Below, in pieces: positions 1 through 8,893 of a DNA stretch of 64,000 bases. The stretch comes from Candidatus Latescibacterota bacterium. GTDB taxonomy: Bacteria > Latescibacterota > UBA2968 > UBA8231. The translations under genes were made by a program, and so were the position numbers. Position 1 is the stretch's first letter; every line of letters starts with the position of its first letter. The stretch is from positions 2,592,001 through 2,656,000 of the forward strand of contig OZ241867.1 in NCBI GenBank assembly GCA_965203175.1. Reading direction: 5' to 3'. Under the pieces are notes generated by a model that saw nothing but the letters and a program-made list of their open reading frames with translations, was not told the origin of the DNA and ran no database searches.

Positions 1-542
1 ACTTCCACCGCAAAGCGGAACTCGCCCGTAGGAAGCTGCGGCAAAAACTCCGCTAGGCGCTCGGTGAACGCACTGCCGTACTCGTTTTCGTGCGCGTCCT
101 GGCCCCGCGCAATGTATGGAAACTGCATCAGCAGCGGCCCCAATCGCTCGCCGAGTGGAGCCATCGCGTCGAGGAATTCCTCCATTTCCCCCATGCAGTC
201 CACGAGCATTTTTTCGTGGCTGATCACGCGGGGAATTTTGGCGGTAAAGCAAAAGTGCGGAGGCGTCCGCCGCAGCCATCCTTCGATCGCTCTTGGCGTT
301 GGTACTCGGTACCACGTCGAGTCGATCTCCACACTTTTGAAGACCTTAGCATAGTGCTCGATGTAATCGGCCGCGGCGCAGCCCTCTGGGTAGATCAGCC
401 CTTCCCAATCCTCATTCGACCAACTCGTCGTCCCCAAAAAGAGTTGCGCGGGCAGCCCCTCTTGCACTTGCTGCATCCGCTCGACGTGCCGGGGCTTAGC
501 CGGTGGCATAATTTCGGAGAAAAGGTCCTGTTGTTCTGCCAC
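1..542 (-). CDS. DUF72 (YecE-like) protein, runs off the window edge
   Basis: Not in ORF track; manual translation gives LFLGTTSWSNEDWEGLIYP..YAKVFKSVEIDSTWYRVP..FTAKIPRVISHEK, typical of DUF72; GTG start preceded by GGAG (in-frame ATG at 554 also possible). Confidence 0.85.
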   Translation of the reverse strand, partial: MAEQQDLFSEIMPPAKPRHVERMQQVQEGLPAQLFLGTTSWSNEDWEGLIYPEGCAAADYIEHYAKVFKSVEIDSTWYRVPTPRAIEGWLRRTPPHFCFTAKIPRVISHEKMLVDCMGEMEEFLDAMAPLGERLGPLLMQFPYIARGQDAHENEYGSAFTERLAEFLPQLPTGEFRFAVE

Positions 543-554
543 GATTTGCTCCAT

Positions 555-586
555 AAAAAAGAGGGCGCGGCACCTACCGCACCCTC
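555..586 (-). terminator. Intrinsic terminator after lysS
   Basis: Minus strand GAGGGTGCGG-loop-CCGCGCCCTC followed by TTTTTT. Confidence 0.75.
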
Positions 587-614
587 GCAATTACCGACGA
601 ATATCCTGTATGCG

Positions 615-2213
615 CTATGCTTTCTCCCGCACCATCTTCACCACCTGTTCCTTCCCCACTAGCTGCACGAGCGAACCAAATCGCGGCCCCCGCTCCTGCC
701 CGAGTACCACCTCGTAAAACATCCGAAACAACTCCTTGGGAGGGATTTCGGCCTCGCGGGCCAAGTCGAATGGAATGGCCTGCAATTCTTCCTCGGTGGC
801 CCCATTGGCCGCGTTCAGCCGCTCGGCCAACTGTCCTAGGAGTGCTCGCTCCTCGTCTGTAGGCGGACGAAATTGTTTGTTCGGCAGCACCACGTCTCGG
901 TAGTAGTTAAGACCCTTCTCCACCAGTGCCTGTGTTACCTGCGGATAAGTAGAAGCCTGCGCGTCGTAGCGCGCCAGATATTCCTCCAACACTCCGACCG
1001 AATCCACTCCTAGGGCTGCGATCAGATTGTTGACTGTCGAGAAGTTGACTTGGGACGCGTACTCGGGCACGACTGCGCCGCGGTCGCCGATATGCCACAG
1101 GGCCTGTTCGGGGCGCTGCTCTTCTTCTACATCGGGATAGCTCCGCAGCTCATCGAGATAGTCGTCAACGCACTTGGGGACGATGTCCCAGTGCAGCCGC
1201 TTGGCTCGCTTGGGATTTTGGAATAAGAAAAAGAGTAGGGATTCTATTGGCGCGTACTTCTTCCACGCGTCTACTGTCACTCCCATGCGGCCGGCGCTGC
1301 TCGCCAACCCTCGCCCTTCCTCGTCGAGAAAAAACTCGTAGCACAAGCCGACCGGCGGCTGCTTGCCCATCAGGCGCACGATGCGAGAGGACTGGCGCAC
1401 GGAGTCGACGAGGTCTTTGCCGTACATTTCATAATCAACCTCGTAGGTGTACCAGCGCAGTGCCCAATCGACTTTCCAGCCCACCTTGGCCTTGCCGCCG
1501 AGCACCGACTGTTCACCGCTCTCGCCGCACCCAGTGTAGTGGCCGGTGTCGAGGCTGGTTGTTGAGCTTGCCGAAACGCCGCAGGTGAAGCTCACGGTGC
1601 CCCGGCTGGGGTGGTAGGCGGTGACTTGCGTGGCCATGATCGAGCCGCAGTTGGTACAAATCGGGAAGAAGGGCGACCAGTGCTGGCGGTTTTGTTCCCG
1701 CAGCGTGGGTACGATGATTTGGCGCACCTCTTCGGCTTTGTCTAGGAGCACCGATAGCCCTTCGTCGAAGTCTCCGCGCACGTAGGCCGCACGCGAGCTT
1801 TGGAATTCGTAGTCGAAGCCAGACGCGTCGAAAAACTCGCACAGCTTGGCGTTCATGTGATCGCTGTAACTCTTATAGCGACCAAAGGGGTCTGGGACGG
1901 CGTGTAGGGGTTTGCCGAGGTGGGCGGCGAGCATGTCAGGATTCGGCAAGTTGCTAGGCACCTTGCGCAGGCCATCCATGTCGTCGCTGAAGCAGAGTAG
2001 GCGGGTCTTTAAGCCGTAGAGATACTCGCAGGCGTTGCGCACCCAAGAGGTGCGGACGCCTTCGGAAAAGTGACCTAGATGGGGGAAGCCGCTGGGGCCA
2101 AAGCCGGTCTCGAATAGTACCGGGCGGTCTTCGCTGGGCTGGCGCTGCTTGACAATCTGTGCCGCCTCTTGGAAGGGCCAAGCCCGATGCGTACTGGTCT
2201 GGTTCCTCTCCAT
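615..2213 (-). CDS. lysS: Lysine--tRNA ligase, class I (divergent KMSKS loop)
   Basis: VLFETGFGPSGFPHLG, DDMDGLRKVP, KVDWALRW, YEMYGKDL and C-terminal GQERGPRFGS motifs. Confidence 0.9.
   Translation of the reverse strand: MERNQTSTHRAWPFQEAAQIVKQRQPSEDRPVLFETGFGPSGFPHLGHFSEGVRTSWVRNACEYLYGLKTRLLCFSDDMDGLRKVPSNLPNPDMLAAHLGKPLHAVPDPFGRYKSYSDHMNAKLCEFFDASGFDYEFQSSRAAYVRGDFDEGLSVLLDKAEEVRQIIVPTLREQNRQHWSPFFPICTNCGSIMATQVTAYHPSRGTVSFTCGVSASSTTSLDTGHYTGCGESGEQSVLGGKAKVGWKVDWALRWYTYEVDYEMYGKDLVDSVRQSSRIVRLMGKQPPVGLCYEFFLDEEGRGLASSAGRMGVTVDAWKKYAPIESLLFFLFQNPKRAKRLHWDIVPKCVDDYLDELRSYPDVEEEQRPEQALWHIGDRGAVVPEYASQVNFSTVNNLIAALGVDSVGVLEEYLARYDAQASTYPQVTQALVEKGLNYYRDVVLPNKQFRPPTDEERALLGQLAERLNAANGATEEELQAIPFDLAREAEIPPKELFRMFYEVVLGQERGPRFGSLVQLVGKEQVVKMVREKA
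1557..1577. repeat. Short palindromic element (GTTGAGCTTGCCGAAAC) inside lysS coding sequence
   Basis: Shares TTCGGCnAGCTCA core with elements at 58467 and 59522; encodes VSASSTT in a Cys-containing loop. Confidence 0.6.
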
Positions 2214-2269
2214 GTGACCTGATCAGTATGAGGCTTATCGAGACGGCGCTTGAGTGAGCGTGCGGCGTC

Positions 2270-2488
2270 TCAGCGATTGCGGAAAGTGATGCGTCCGCGG
2301 CTCAAATCATAGGGCGAAAGGGCCACGGTGACCTGGTCGCCCGGAAGCACGCGAATGTAGTACTTGCGCATCTTGCCGGAAACGTGGGCCATAATCTCGT
2401 GGTTATTTTCCATTTCGCACTTGAAGTAGCCGTTGGGCAGGGCCTCTTTGACCACTGCTTGGACTTCGATCGCTTCTTCTTTGGCCAT
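2270..2488 (-). CDS. infA: Translation initiation factor IF-1
   Basis: [51 protein letters not shown]. Confidence 0.98.
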   Translation of the reverse strand: MAKEEAIEVQAVVKEALPNGYFKCEMENNHEIMAHVSGKMRKYYIRVLPGDQVTVALSPYDLSRGRITFRNR

Positions 2489-2601
2489 TGCTCTCGCCTA
2501 AAGGAGATGGTGGCGGCGTTCTCCGCGCCACGGAAAAAGCAGCCGCTAGAGCGGCTTGCAAAGAATGTTAAGAGTACGCTTTGACTGAGCAAAAGTCAAA
2601 C

Positions 2602-3537
2602 TCATTCGACCAAGTAATTCACATCGTACGAGGCGTGTTTGACTGCCTCGATCGTCGCTAGATGAGGGGCTAGCTGCTGGACTCTGCCGTAGTATTGGAC
2701 GGCTTCTGCATATCGCTCGGTCTTTTCGCAGATCATGCCGAGGTTGTGCAGGGCTGGGATGTGATCGCCGGACAGCGCGATGACCTGCCTAAAGGCCGCT
2801 TCGGCCTCGACGAGCTTGCCGAGGCCGAGGTGGGCGAGGCCCTTGGCGAAGAACATGCTCTCGTTGTCTTGCTCGTACTCGACGGCCTTGGCCAGCACGG
2901 CGAGCGCCAACTTGGGCTGTTGGGCTTGCAGCCGCACGAGCCCGAGGCTGTAGTAAGCGCGGGCTAGGGCGCGGCGCGCACCGCGATATGTAAAATCGAC
3001 CTGCAACAGGGTCTCTAGGTGTTCGATGGACTTTTTGAAGTCGCCGACCTTGTGATATGCCACGGCCATGTTGAAGCGGGCGTTGACGTGATCGGGCTGG
3101 ATTGAGATGACTTTTTCTAGGTATTCGATACCCTCGGCTTGACGCTCGGTGCGGCAGAGCAAGGTCCCTAGCCCAGCCATGGCTTCGACCATCAGCGAAT
3201 CTAGCCGCAGAGCCTCCTTGTAGTGGTGTTCGGCTTCGCGGTCGTATCCTTGGACGTGGAGAATGACCGCGAGGTTGCAGTGTGCCTCGGCATAGTCGGG
3301 GTCGAGCTGCAATGCCTCGAGCAGCAGCCTTTTGGCCTCGTACTTTTGCCCGTCGTCAAAGTACGCGTTAGCGAGGAGAACGCGCAGCTGCGGGTTGTAG
3401 GGTTCGATGGTGACCTTGGCGTTGAGATAGCGGATTTTCTCTTTGGCCCAGAGGTTGTACCCCCGCTTGTCTTGGCGCTGAGCCTGGCCCTCGCTGCACA
3501 GCAAGGACAGCAATAGAAATAAGAGCACGGGCTTCAT
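2602..3537 (-). CDS. Secreted tetratricopeptide-repeat protein
   Basis: Signal peptide-like N-terminus; repeated TPR motifs (DPDYAEAHCNLA, QPDHVNARFNMA, HIPALHNLG). Confidence 0.85.
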   Translation of the reverse strand: MKPVLLFLLLSLLCSEGQAQRQDKRGYNLWAKEKIRYLNAKVTIEPYNPQLRVLLANAYFDDGQKYEAKRLLLEALQLDPDYAEAHCNLAVILHVQGYDREAEHHYKEALRLDSLMVEAMAGLGTLLCRTERQAEGIEYLEKVISIQPDHVNARFNMAVAYHKVGDFKKSIEHLETLLQVDFTYRGARRALARAYYSLGLVRLQAQQPKLALAVLAKAVEYEQDNESMFFAKGLAHLGLGKLVEAEAAFRQVIALSGDHIPALHNLGMICEKTERYAEAVQYYGRVQQLAPHLATIEAVKHASYDVNYLVE

Positions 3538-4823
3538 GGTTGGAATTTCTGAATCCGATCGTTGAACGTATCGGCCACGTAAATGAATCCCTCGGCATCG
3601 CGGGCGATGCCGCCGGCTACGACCTCGCGCTCGCCCTCTTCGCCAGTAGCCATATCGACGACAACTTGGATGCGGCCTGTGAAGCGGAACTGATCGTCCT
3701 CTTCGCCCTCTTCGCCCCAGCGCGTCAGGTAGTGCCCTCGCTGGAACACCTCAATGCGGCTGTGGCCGGCATTGACCACGAAAGCGCGGTCGGCGGCTTC
3801 ATCGACGGCAAAATCGGTGGGCCGCAACAAAAGCCCGTTGCCGCGATCCTGATGCGATTTGGGATCGCGGCCAATGACGCGGCTGGCCGTGGCGCGCTGT
3901 GGGTCGTCGTACACGACTAGGCGGGGTGACTGCCAGTCATCAGCGCGCAGGGCCAATGGCTCGATCAGCGCGGCGAAGCGCCCTTGCCAAAGTCGCAGAC
4001 TAGCCACCAGCAGGGCTGGGATGGCGTACTGGATCTGCTGTTCGCCTGCTTGGTCGAATAGCTGCAATTGGCTGATGCTTTCGACGTAGATGGCATCGCT
4101 GTCGACGACAATGTGGCGGGCGAACAGCCCGGCTAGCGGACGCGTCCACAGCAGCCGACCGTCTGGGGCGAATTTTGCCCAAAAGGCCTCTGGCTTCTGG
4201 CTTGGGCGGTGCAGGTTGTACACCACGTAGAGATGATCTTCGTCATCGAGGGCCAGTGCTGGCCCGTCCAATGCGCTCGTTTCCATACAGGCCAGTGGCT
4301 CAGTAGTATAGACCCATGCGTCTAAGGAGCGGCCCGCGTGGTCAAAGCGCTCGACGCGCCCCCTGCCCGCGCCGACGACAAAGACCGTGCCGTTGCGGCT
4401 GATGGCCAGCCGCGTGGGGGTCGTACCCTCGGCTAGTGCCCAGCTTGCGACGCGGCGGTGGAACCGGCCTGCGGCAGTCGTGCTGATTAGCTCGTGTACG
4501 GTCTCGTCCTCGCCGTAGAAGCTGGCGATCCGGTAGCGGTACTGCGTGTTGGCCAACAGGCCGACGTCTGTATAGGTGGTGTCGGCCGCGGATTCCACGC
4601 GCGCTATGGCCGCGAACTCGCTCCCTGCGGCGCGCTGGATTTCACCGTAGAGAAAGCCTGATGAAGGCACTGGGTGCCAGACCAAGTGCGCGGCAGCCTC
4701 CTCACTGGAGAAGGTCGCTTTGAGCATGGGGGGATCCGCAAGCCAAGGCGGGACCTTCTTACCGGCGAAGGGACCAACGCAGGCGACGAGCGCTGCGGCG
4801 AGGCAAAAAAAGAGTTTATTCAT
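3534..4823 (-). CDS. Lipoprotein with FN3-like domain and NHL-repeat beta-propeller
   Basis: Start refined to MNKLFFCLAAALVAC (lipobox-like); YTDVGLLANTQYRYRI (FN3-like); GIARDAEGFIYVADTFNDRIQKF (NHL). Confidence 0.75.
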   Translation of the reverse strand: MNKLFFCLAAALVACVGPFAGKKVPPWLADPPMLKATFSSEEAAAHLVWHPVPSSGFLYGEIQRAAGSEFAAIARVESAADTTYTDVGLLANTQYRYRIASFYGEDETVHELISTTAAGRFHRRVASWALAEGTTPTRLAISRNGTVFVVGAGRGRVERFDHAGRSLDAWVYTTEPLACMETSALDGPALALDDEDHLYVVYNLHRPSQKPEAFWAKFAPDGRLLWTRPLAGLFARHIVVDSDAIYVESISQLQLFDQAGEQQIQYAIPALLVASLRLWQGRFAALIEPLALRADDWQSPRLVVYDDPQRATASRVIGRDPKSHQDRGNGLLLRPTDFAVDEAADRAFVVNAGHSRIEVFQRGHYLTRWGEEGEEDDQFRFTGRIQVVVDMATGEEGEREVVAGGIARDAEGFIYVADTFNDRIQKFQP

Positions 4824-4882
4824 AGCGCCAAATAGATAGGCCCGCCCTCCCGCAATGTCAAGAAATATGAGGAGCGATCTAT

Positions 4883-7525
4883 TCACCGCGCGGTTTGGGG
4901 TTTAATGGTGCAGGTGGGACAGACGCGCCGCAGGTGTTCGCGCCGCACCTGCCACAGGTCGTGGGCCTTCACCAATTCGCATTCGGCCTGCCCGACCTTG
5001 CCCCGCCGCTGCAACTTCCTCCGGTCGAGTGTTGAGTCCAGCTTGTGGGTTGGGACCGGGCAGGGGCCATTGCGAAAGGCCAGCCCCAAGATCTCGTCCG
5101 CGGTCCCATCCTCGCGCACGATGCGGTCTGGAATTGCAAAAGATTCAATGCAGCCGCAGGGCACGGACATCTCGGCCACGTGATAGGCCGTGCTCGTATC
5201 GTGCGTCGTGCCCAGCGCGAGGATGTAGCCGCCGCCGTGCACCAATTTGCCGATCGGGCTATCTGGGGCCCAGATGCCGGCTTCGAGGTGTCCGTGGCAA
5301 TAGTCGCTGGCTCGCGGCCCAATCGCCGCCACTGCGTGAGTGGGATGCATGCTGCGCTCGGCCTCTGTGCGCCGCCACAGCGCGTCTGGAATCGCGCCAT
5401 TGGTGGTGGGTGTGGTCAGTCGGTTGAAGACTTTCGCCGCACGGTGGTTGAACGAAGGTGCCAGCAGAGTTCCTCGCTTGCCGACCGCCTGCAAGAGCGC
5501 ATCGACGACGGTTTCAGCGCCGCCCTCGACAAAGCCGATGGCCGACAGGGAGCTGTGGACCATCAAATCCATGCCTGGGGTGACACCCAAGCGGCGCAAA
5601 TCCTTCACTAGTTCCTTGCGGCCGATCATCTTGGCCGGGTCGGTCAACGCGGCATAGCCCAATTCAGCGTGTGCTGCGAAGTAATCGTGCACCCGCTTGA
5701 CGGTGACGGGCCCTTCCGTCCGCGGTCCGGCTGGATAGTCGGCTTCCTCGCAGGCAATGCGCTCGGCGATTTCGCCCAGATTCCGGCGTCCGTCGGCCCA
5801 AAACAGTGCCCACGGCGATAGCTGTGCAGCCGAGATGCGCGCATTGATCGCGGCTGGCGCGTTTTCGCCGGTCGGTGAGAGCACTGCCGTGCGCCGAGGC
5901 ACCAGCCGCGCTTGGGCTGTGCGCCGCGCTTGCTTGTCCGGTAGCGCGGTTTCGGCTGCGGCGGTCGCCACTTGCCGCTCGCTTTCGTCCATGGCCTCCA
6001 AGATCTCGCGCCGACTGCCCCCCCAGAGCCAGCGCGCCAGCCGTCGCACGCTGCGGCTGTGTGCCTCGCGCACGTACTCGGCCTCGGCTCGAGGCCGCTT
6101 TTTCTTGTGTAATACGGAGAGGAAGTGCTGGGTCTCGGTGCGGATCAGCTCCCCCACCTCGCGGCTGCCCATGTCGGCCAAGTAGTACAGATAGGCCGCC
6201 ATCGAGGCCGCGCAGGTCTCCAGCCCTCGCGGGCTGAGCAGTGCTTCCACGTCGGCCGAAGAGTGGTAGGCGTCAAAGCCGCGCCCGCTCTTGCTGTGAT
6301 GCGTGGTGATCCAAGGACAGGGAAATCCGTACTGAGGATCGCCGATCAAGGTGTCAGCCGTCGACATGAACCTTTCTAGATGCACTCGATAGCCAGGCTT
6401 GTGTTGCCGCACTCCGGCCCGCAAAATAGTCTCGCCGACTCGGTCGACGAAACCCGCCGACATGGGGATCGTCGCGTGCCACTCCAGCCGGCTTTCGCAG
6501 ACAGGAGGCCGGGAGCCAACCGAGTCGATACACACGCCGGCCAACGGAGTCTGCAAGCGCCGCACCCTTTCTAGATAGGCGAAAAATCCGTAGCACTCAT
6601 AGGCGTTGAGCAGGCGAATGGTGCGCTTGGGGCGCGCGAGTTTTCCCGCGCGGATAAGCCCTTCGATCACGCGGGCTATCTCTAGGGTAGTGGCCACGCC
6701 CGAAGCGTTGTCTATGGCCCCTGGCTCGCCGCTGTGCGCGATGGCCCACACTTCGTCCTGCGGATCACCTGCTCCCTTGATGACGCCGCTGACCACGTCG
6801 TGGCTGCCGACGTATTTGCGGATATCGGCTCTTACGTGCAGGGTTAGAGGACCGTGCTTCTGCGCTAGCCGCCGCAGTCGCTTCCCTTGCTGCTCAGAGA
6901 TCACAAAGCCCACCAACCGCGCTGTCGCATGAGCTAGGGGTATTGCACCCCATCCGAATTTGGTCCACGCGACTGCGTTGGGCAGGTTGGGCACCGGCCG
7001 GTCGGCGATGACTGCGGTGGCTCCCTTAGCGGCTAAAAGACCGAGGTTAGAGCGCGGGTCTAGCTTGGTCAGCACAATCGCACCAGCAAGTCCGTCGGTT
7101 GGCTGGCGTTGGATGTCTTCGACTTGATCGAGAATCACGAGCCGCAGTCGCAGGCCGCTTGCCGGGGTCGCTGCGCTCCACTGGATGACGTGCCAGGGGT
7201 TCTCCTGCCAATCCAGCACCCGTTTGGCGAGCGGGTGTACCACATCCACAGTCGCGCCCACCACATCGGCGGCCTCGCGGATGATCCACCGGCCCGACCC
7301 AATCCGCCCTCCGGTCTGGATGGACTCGACCTCCACGCGCGCGCCAGCGGCCTCATAGCGGCTCGTTAGCGTGGCTGTCGTTTCGCCGAAGCGATCAAAC
7401 GAATTCCACCGATCGGTCTGTACAACGTCTCGCACCGCCGCCATCATCTCCCGCCCATTCGCCTGCTGCAATATTAGCGGCAAGGTTTGGCGACAGAGCC
7501 GCTGCAATGATTTCGCGCTAGGCAT
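4883..7525 (-). CDS. Fusion of M28/DUF4910-like peptidase-fold domain and AAC(3)-family acetyltransferase
   Basis: AHSGEPGAIDNASGVA, YHSSAD, winged-helix-like WADGRRNLGEIAE, then LGVTPGMDLMVHSSLSAIGFVEGGAETVVDALL..RSMHPTHAVAAIG..TAYHVAE; start set at MPSAK behind AGGAGG. Confidence 0.8.
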   Translation of the reverse strand: MPSAKSLQRLCRQTLPLILQQANGREMMAAVRDVVQTDRWNSFDRFGETTATLTSRYEAAGARVEVESIQTGGRIGSGRWIIREAADVVGATVDVVHPLAKRVLDWQENPWHVIQWSAATPASGLRLRLVILDQVEDIQRQPTDGLAGAIVLTKLDPRSNLGLLAAKGATAVIADRPVPNLPNAVAWTKFGWGAIPLAHATARLVGFVISEQQGKRLRRLAQKHGPLTLHVRADIRKYVGSHDVVSGVIKGAGDPQDEVWAIAHSGEPGAIDNASGVATTLEIARVIEGLIRAGKLARPKRTIRLLNAYECYGFFAYLERVRRLQTPLAGVCIDSVGSRPPVCESRLEWHATIPMSAGFVDRVGETILRAGVRQHKPGYRVHLERFMSTADTLIGDPQYGFPCPWITTHHSKSGRGFDAYHSSADVEALLSPRGLETCAASMAAYLYYLADMGSREVGELIRTETQHFLSVLHKKKRPRAEAEYVREAHSRSVRRLARWLWGGSRREILEAMDESERQVATAAAETALPDKQARRTAQARLVPRRTAVLSPTGENAPAAINARISAAQLSPWALFWADGRRNLGEIAERIACEEADYPAGPRTEGPVTVKRVHDYFAAHAELGYAALTDPAKMIGRKELVKDLRRLGVTPGMDLMVHSSLSAIGFVEGGAETVVDALLQAVGKRGTLLAPSFNHRAAKVFNRLTTPTTNGAIPDALWRRTEAERSMHPTHAVAAIGPRASDYCHGHLEAGIWAPDSPIGKLVHGGGYILALGTTHDTSTAYHVAEMSVPCGCIESFAIPDRIVREDGTADEILGLAFRNGPCPVPTHKLDSTLDRRKLQRRGKVGQAECELVKAHDLWQVRREHLRRVCPTCTIKPQTAR

Positions 7526-7574
7526 GGTCTCCTCCTTTTTTGCTACTAATAAAGGTCGGCGCGTGGATTGGAAC

Positions 7575-7619
7575 AAAAAAGCGGGGAGCTAGCGGACGAA
7601 AAGTCCACCAGCTCCCCGC
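7575..7619 (-). terminator. Intrinsic terminator after the small HTH gene
   Basis: GCGGGGAGCT...AGCTCCCCGC stem followed by TTTTTT on minus strand. Confidence 0.8.
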
Positions 7620-7646
7620 TGGCCGCGCGCGGTGTGCGATGCTTAT

Positions 7647-7904
7647 TTAGTTAAGATCGAGGACCTCCTCTAGCGCCTCGATCTCTTGCAGGTCGAGGTC
7701 GATATCTTCTAAGAGATCGCCGTCGCGCTGGCGGTAGAACTCCTCGCGCCGCCGTCGCTTGCGCGCATAGGGGGTCTCAATGTTGTAGAGCCGGCAGAGC
7801 CGGCTGAAACTGCCCGGGGCGATACCCAGCGCGCGGCTGGCTTCTTGGTTGCTCGCGTAAATGCGTGCCGCGCGCTTGATGCGTTCTGGCTCGATTTTGC
7901 GCAT
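7647..7904 (-). CDS. Small Fis-like helix-turn-helix protein with basic patch and acidic tail
   Basis: SNQEASRALGIAPGSFSRLCRLYNI resembles a Fis-type HTH; GGAG RBS upstream; terminator downstream. Confidence 0.7.
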   Translation of the reverse strand: MRKIEPERIKRAARIYASNQEASRALGIAPGSFSRLCRLYNIETPYARKRRRREEFYRQRDGDLLEDIDLDLQEIEALEEVLDLN

Positions 7905-7958
7905 GAGTTGTTTTCTCTCCAGATCTTCATTTGGTGCGAAGTTCGACGAAATTCAACG

Positions 7959-8400
7959 AAAAAAGCCGCAGCATTTTTGCGCCGCAGCCATCAAAAAAGC
8001 CGCTGGAAAGCGGCTGTATCGAAATCGATGTATCGCCGGTTTCCGGGACGCAAAAGTGCCCTCCTTCTCGAAAGCGCTGTCCCGAAAACCCCGTGGGAAA
8101 ATCCCTGCACGCGCAATCAATCGCCTAAGACGATGCGAATGCGAGGTAAGTTCCCGATTCGGCTGTGCGTTTTAGCCAGCCGATGCACGCAACCTGAAGA
8201 GTCGTGCGTGTATCCTAGGGATTGGGACGAACGCGCAACGCGCGGATGCTGTTCGTAGCCCGCATATTTGGGACCGTATGGCCGCCCCCATCGGGGAGTC
8301 GGCTCCTGAGAGTACTACACGAGAATCGACGTGCGAAGAGAATCATTATATGAGGCCCTCCTCTCATGGTGATGTGCAATTTGTTTTGCACGATTTTTGA
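7959..8400 (-). ncRNA. Candidate structured RNA or long 5' leader with two tandem terminators
   Basis: Hairpins at 8159-8183, 8182-8214, 8227-8256, 8281-8303, 8374-8391; U-tailed stems at 7993-8015 and 7959-7988; no convincing ORF; strand not certain. Confidence 0.4.
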
Positions 8401-8569
8401 CTGCCTCTTAGTTTCACTTTCAAGGTGATATATTGTCAAGGAAAAAATGCCTAAGAATAGAAAAAAAAGAACTTTACGTCATTTTCTGAATATCTCTTGA
8501 TTAATCTGCATATTTATCAATCAATCTGCGTCAAATGGCGCGAATCCCCTAACGACTAAGGAGACCATT

Positions 8570-8890
8570 ATGTATTCGATTGGTTTAGCCATGCGGCTGC
8601 GACCCAATGCGTACGCCGAGTACAAACAGGCCCACGACGACCTGTGGCCCGAAATCGCCGACAGCATGACCGACAACGAGGTCAGCATGGCCATCTACCG
8701 CTTGGACGAATACCTCATCATCCACGCGGTCGCCCCCACCGAGGAAGACTGGCTCAAGAGCCGTCAAGTGCCCATCCTAGAAGAGTGGTACGACTATATG
8801 GCCCAGTTGTTGGAGACCGACGCCGAAGGGGAGATCATCTTCGAGGAGCTGCCTGAAGCCTTTGCCTTCGGCATGTTCAAGGAAGCGTGA
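8570..8890 (+). CDS. rhaM: L-rhamnose mutarotase family protein
   Basis: MRLRPNAYAEYKQAHDDLWPEI..WYDYMAQLLET pattern; AAGGAG RBS. Confidence 0.75.
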   Translation: MYSIGLAMRLRPNAYAEYKQAHDDLWPEIADSMTDNEVSMAIYRLDEYLIIHAVAPTEEDWLKSRQVPILEEWYDYMAQLLETDAEGEIIFEELPEAFAFGMFKEA

Positions 8891-8893
8891 ACG

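Noticed and set aside
4883-5620. Aminoglycoside resistance gene
   Set aside because: AAC(3) fold is broad; here it is a fused domain in a non-mobile context, so resistance is unsupported
8030-8065. c-di-GMP-I riboswitch suggested by GGGACGCAAA
   Set aside because: The upstream GGCAAAC and GAAA-capped stem are not in the expected arrangement, and the motif is on the strand opposite the terminators
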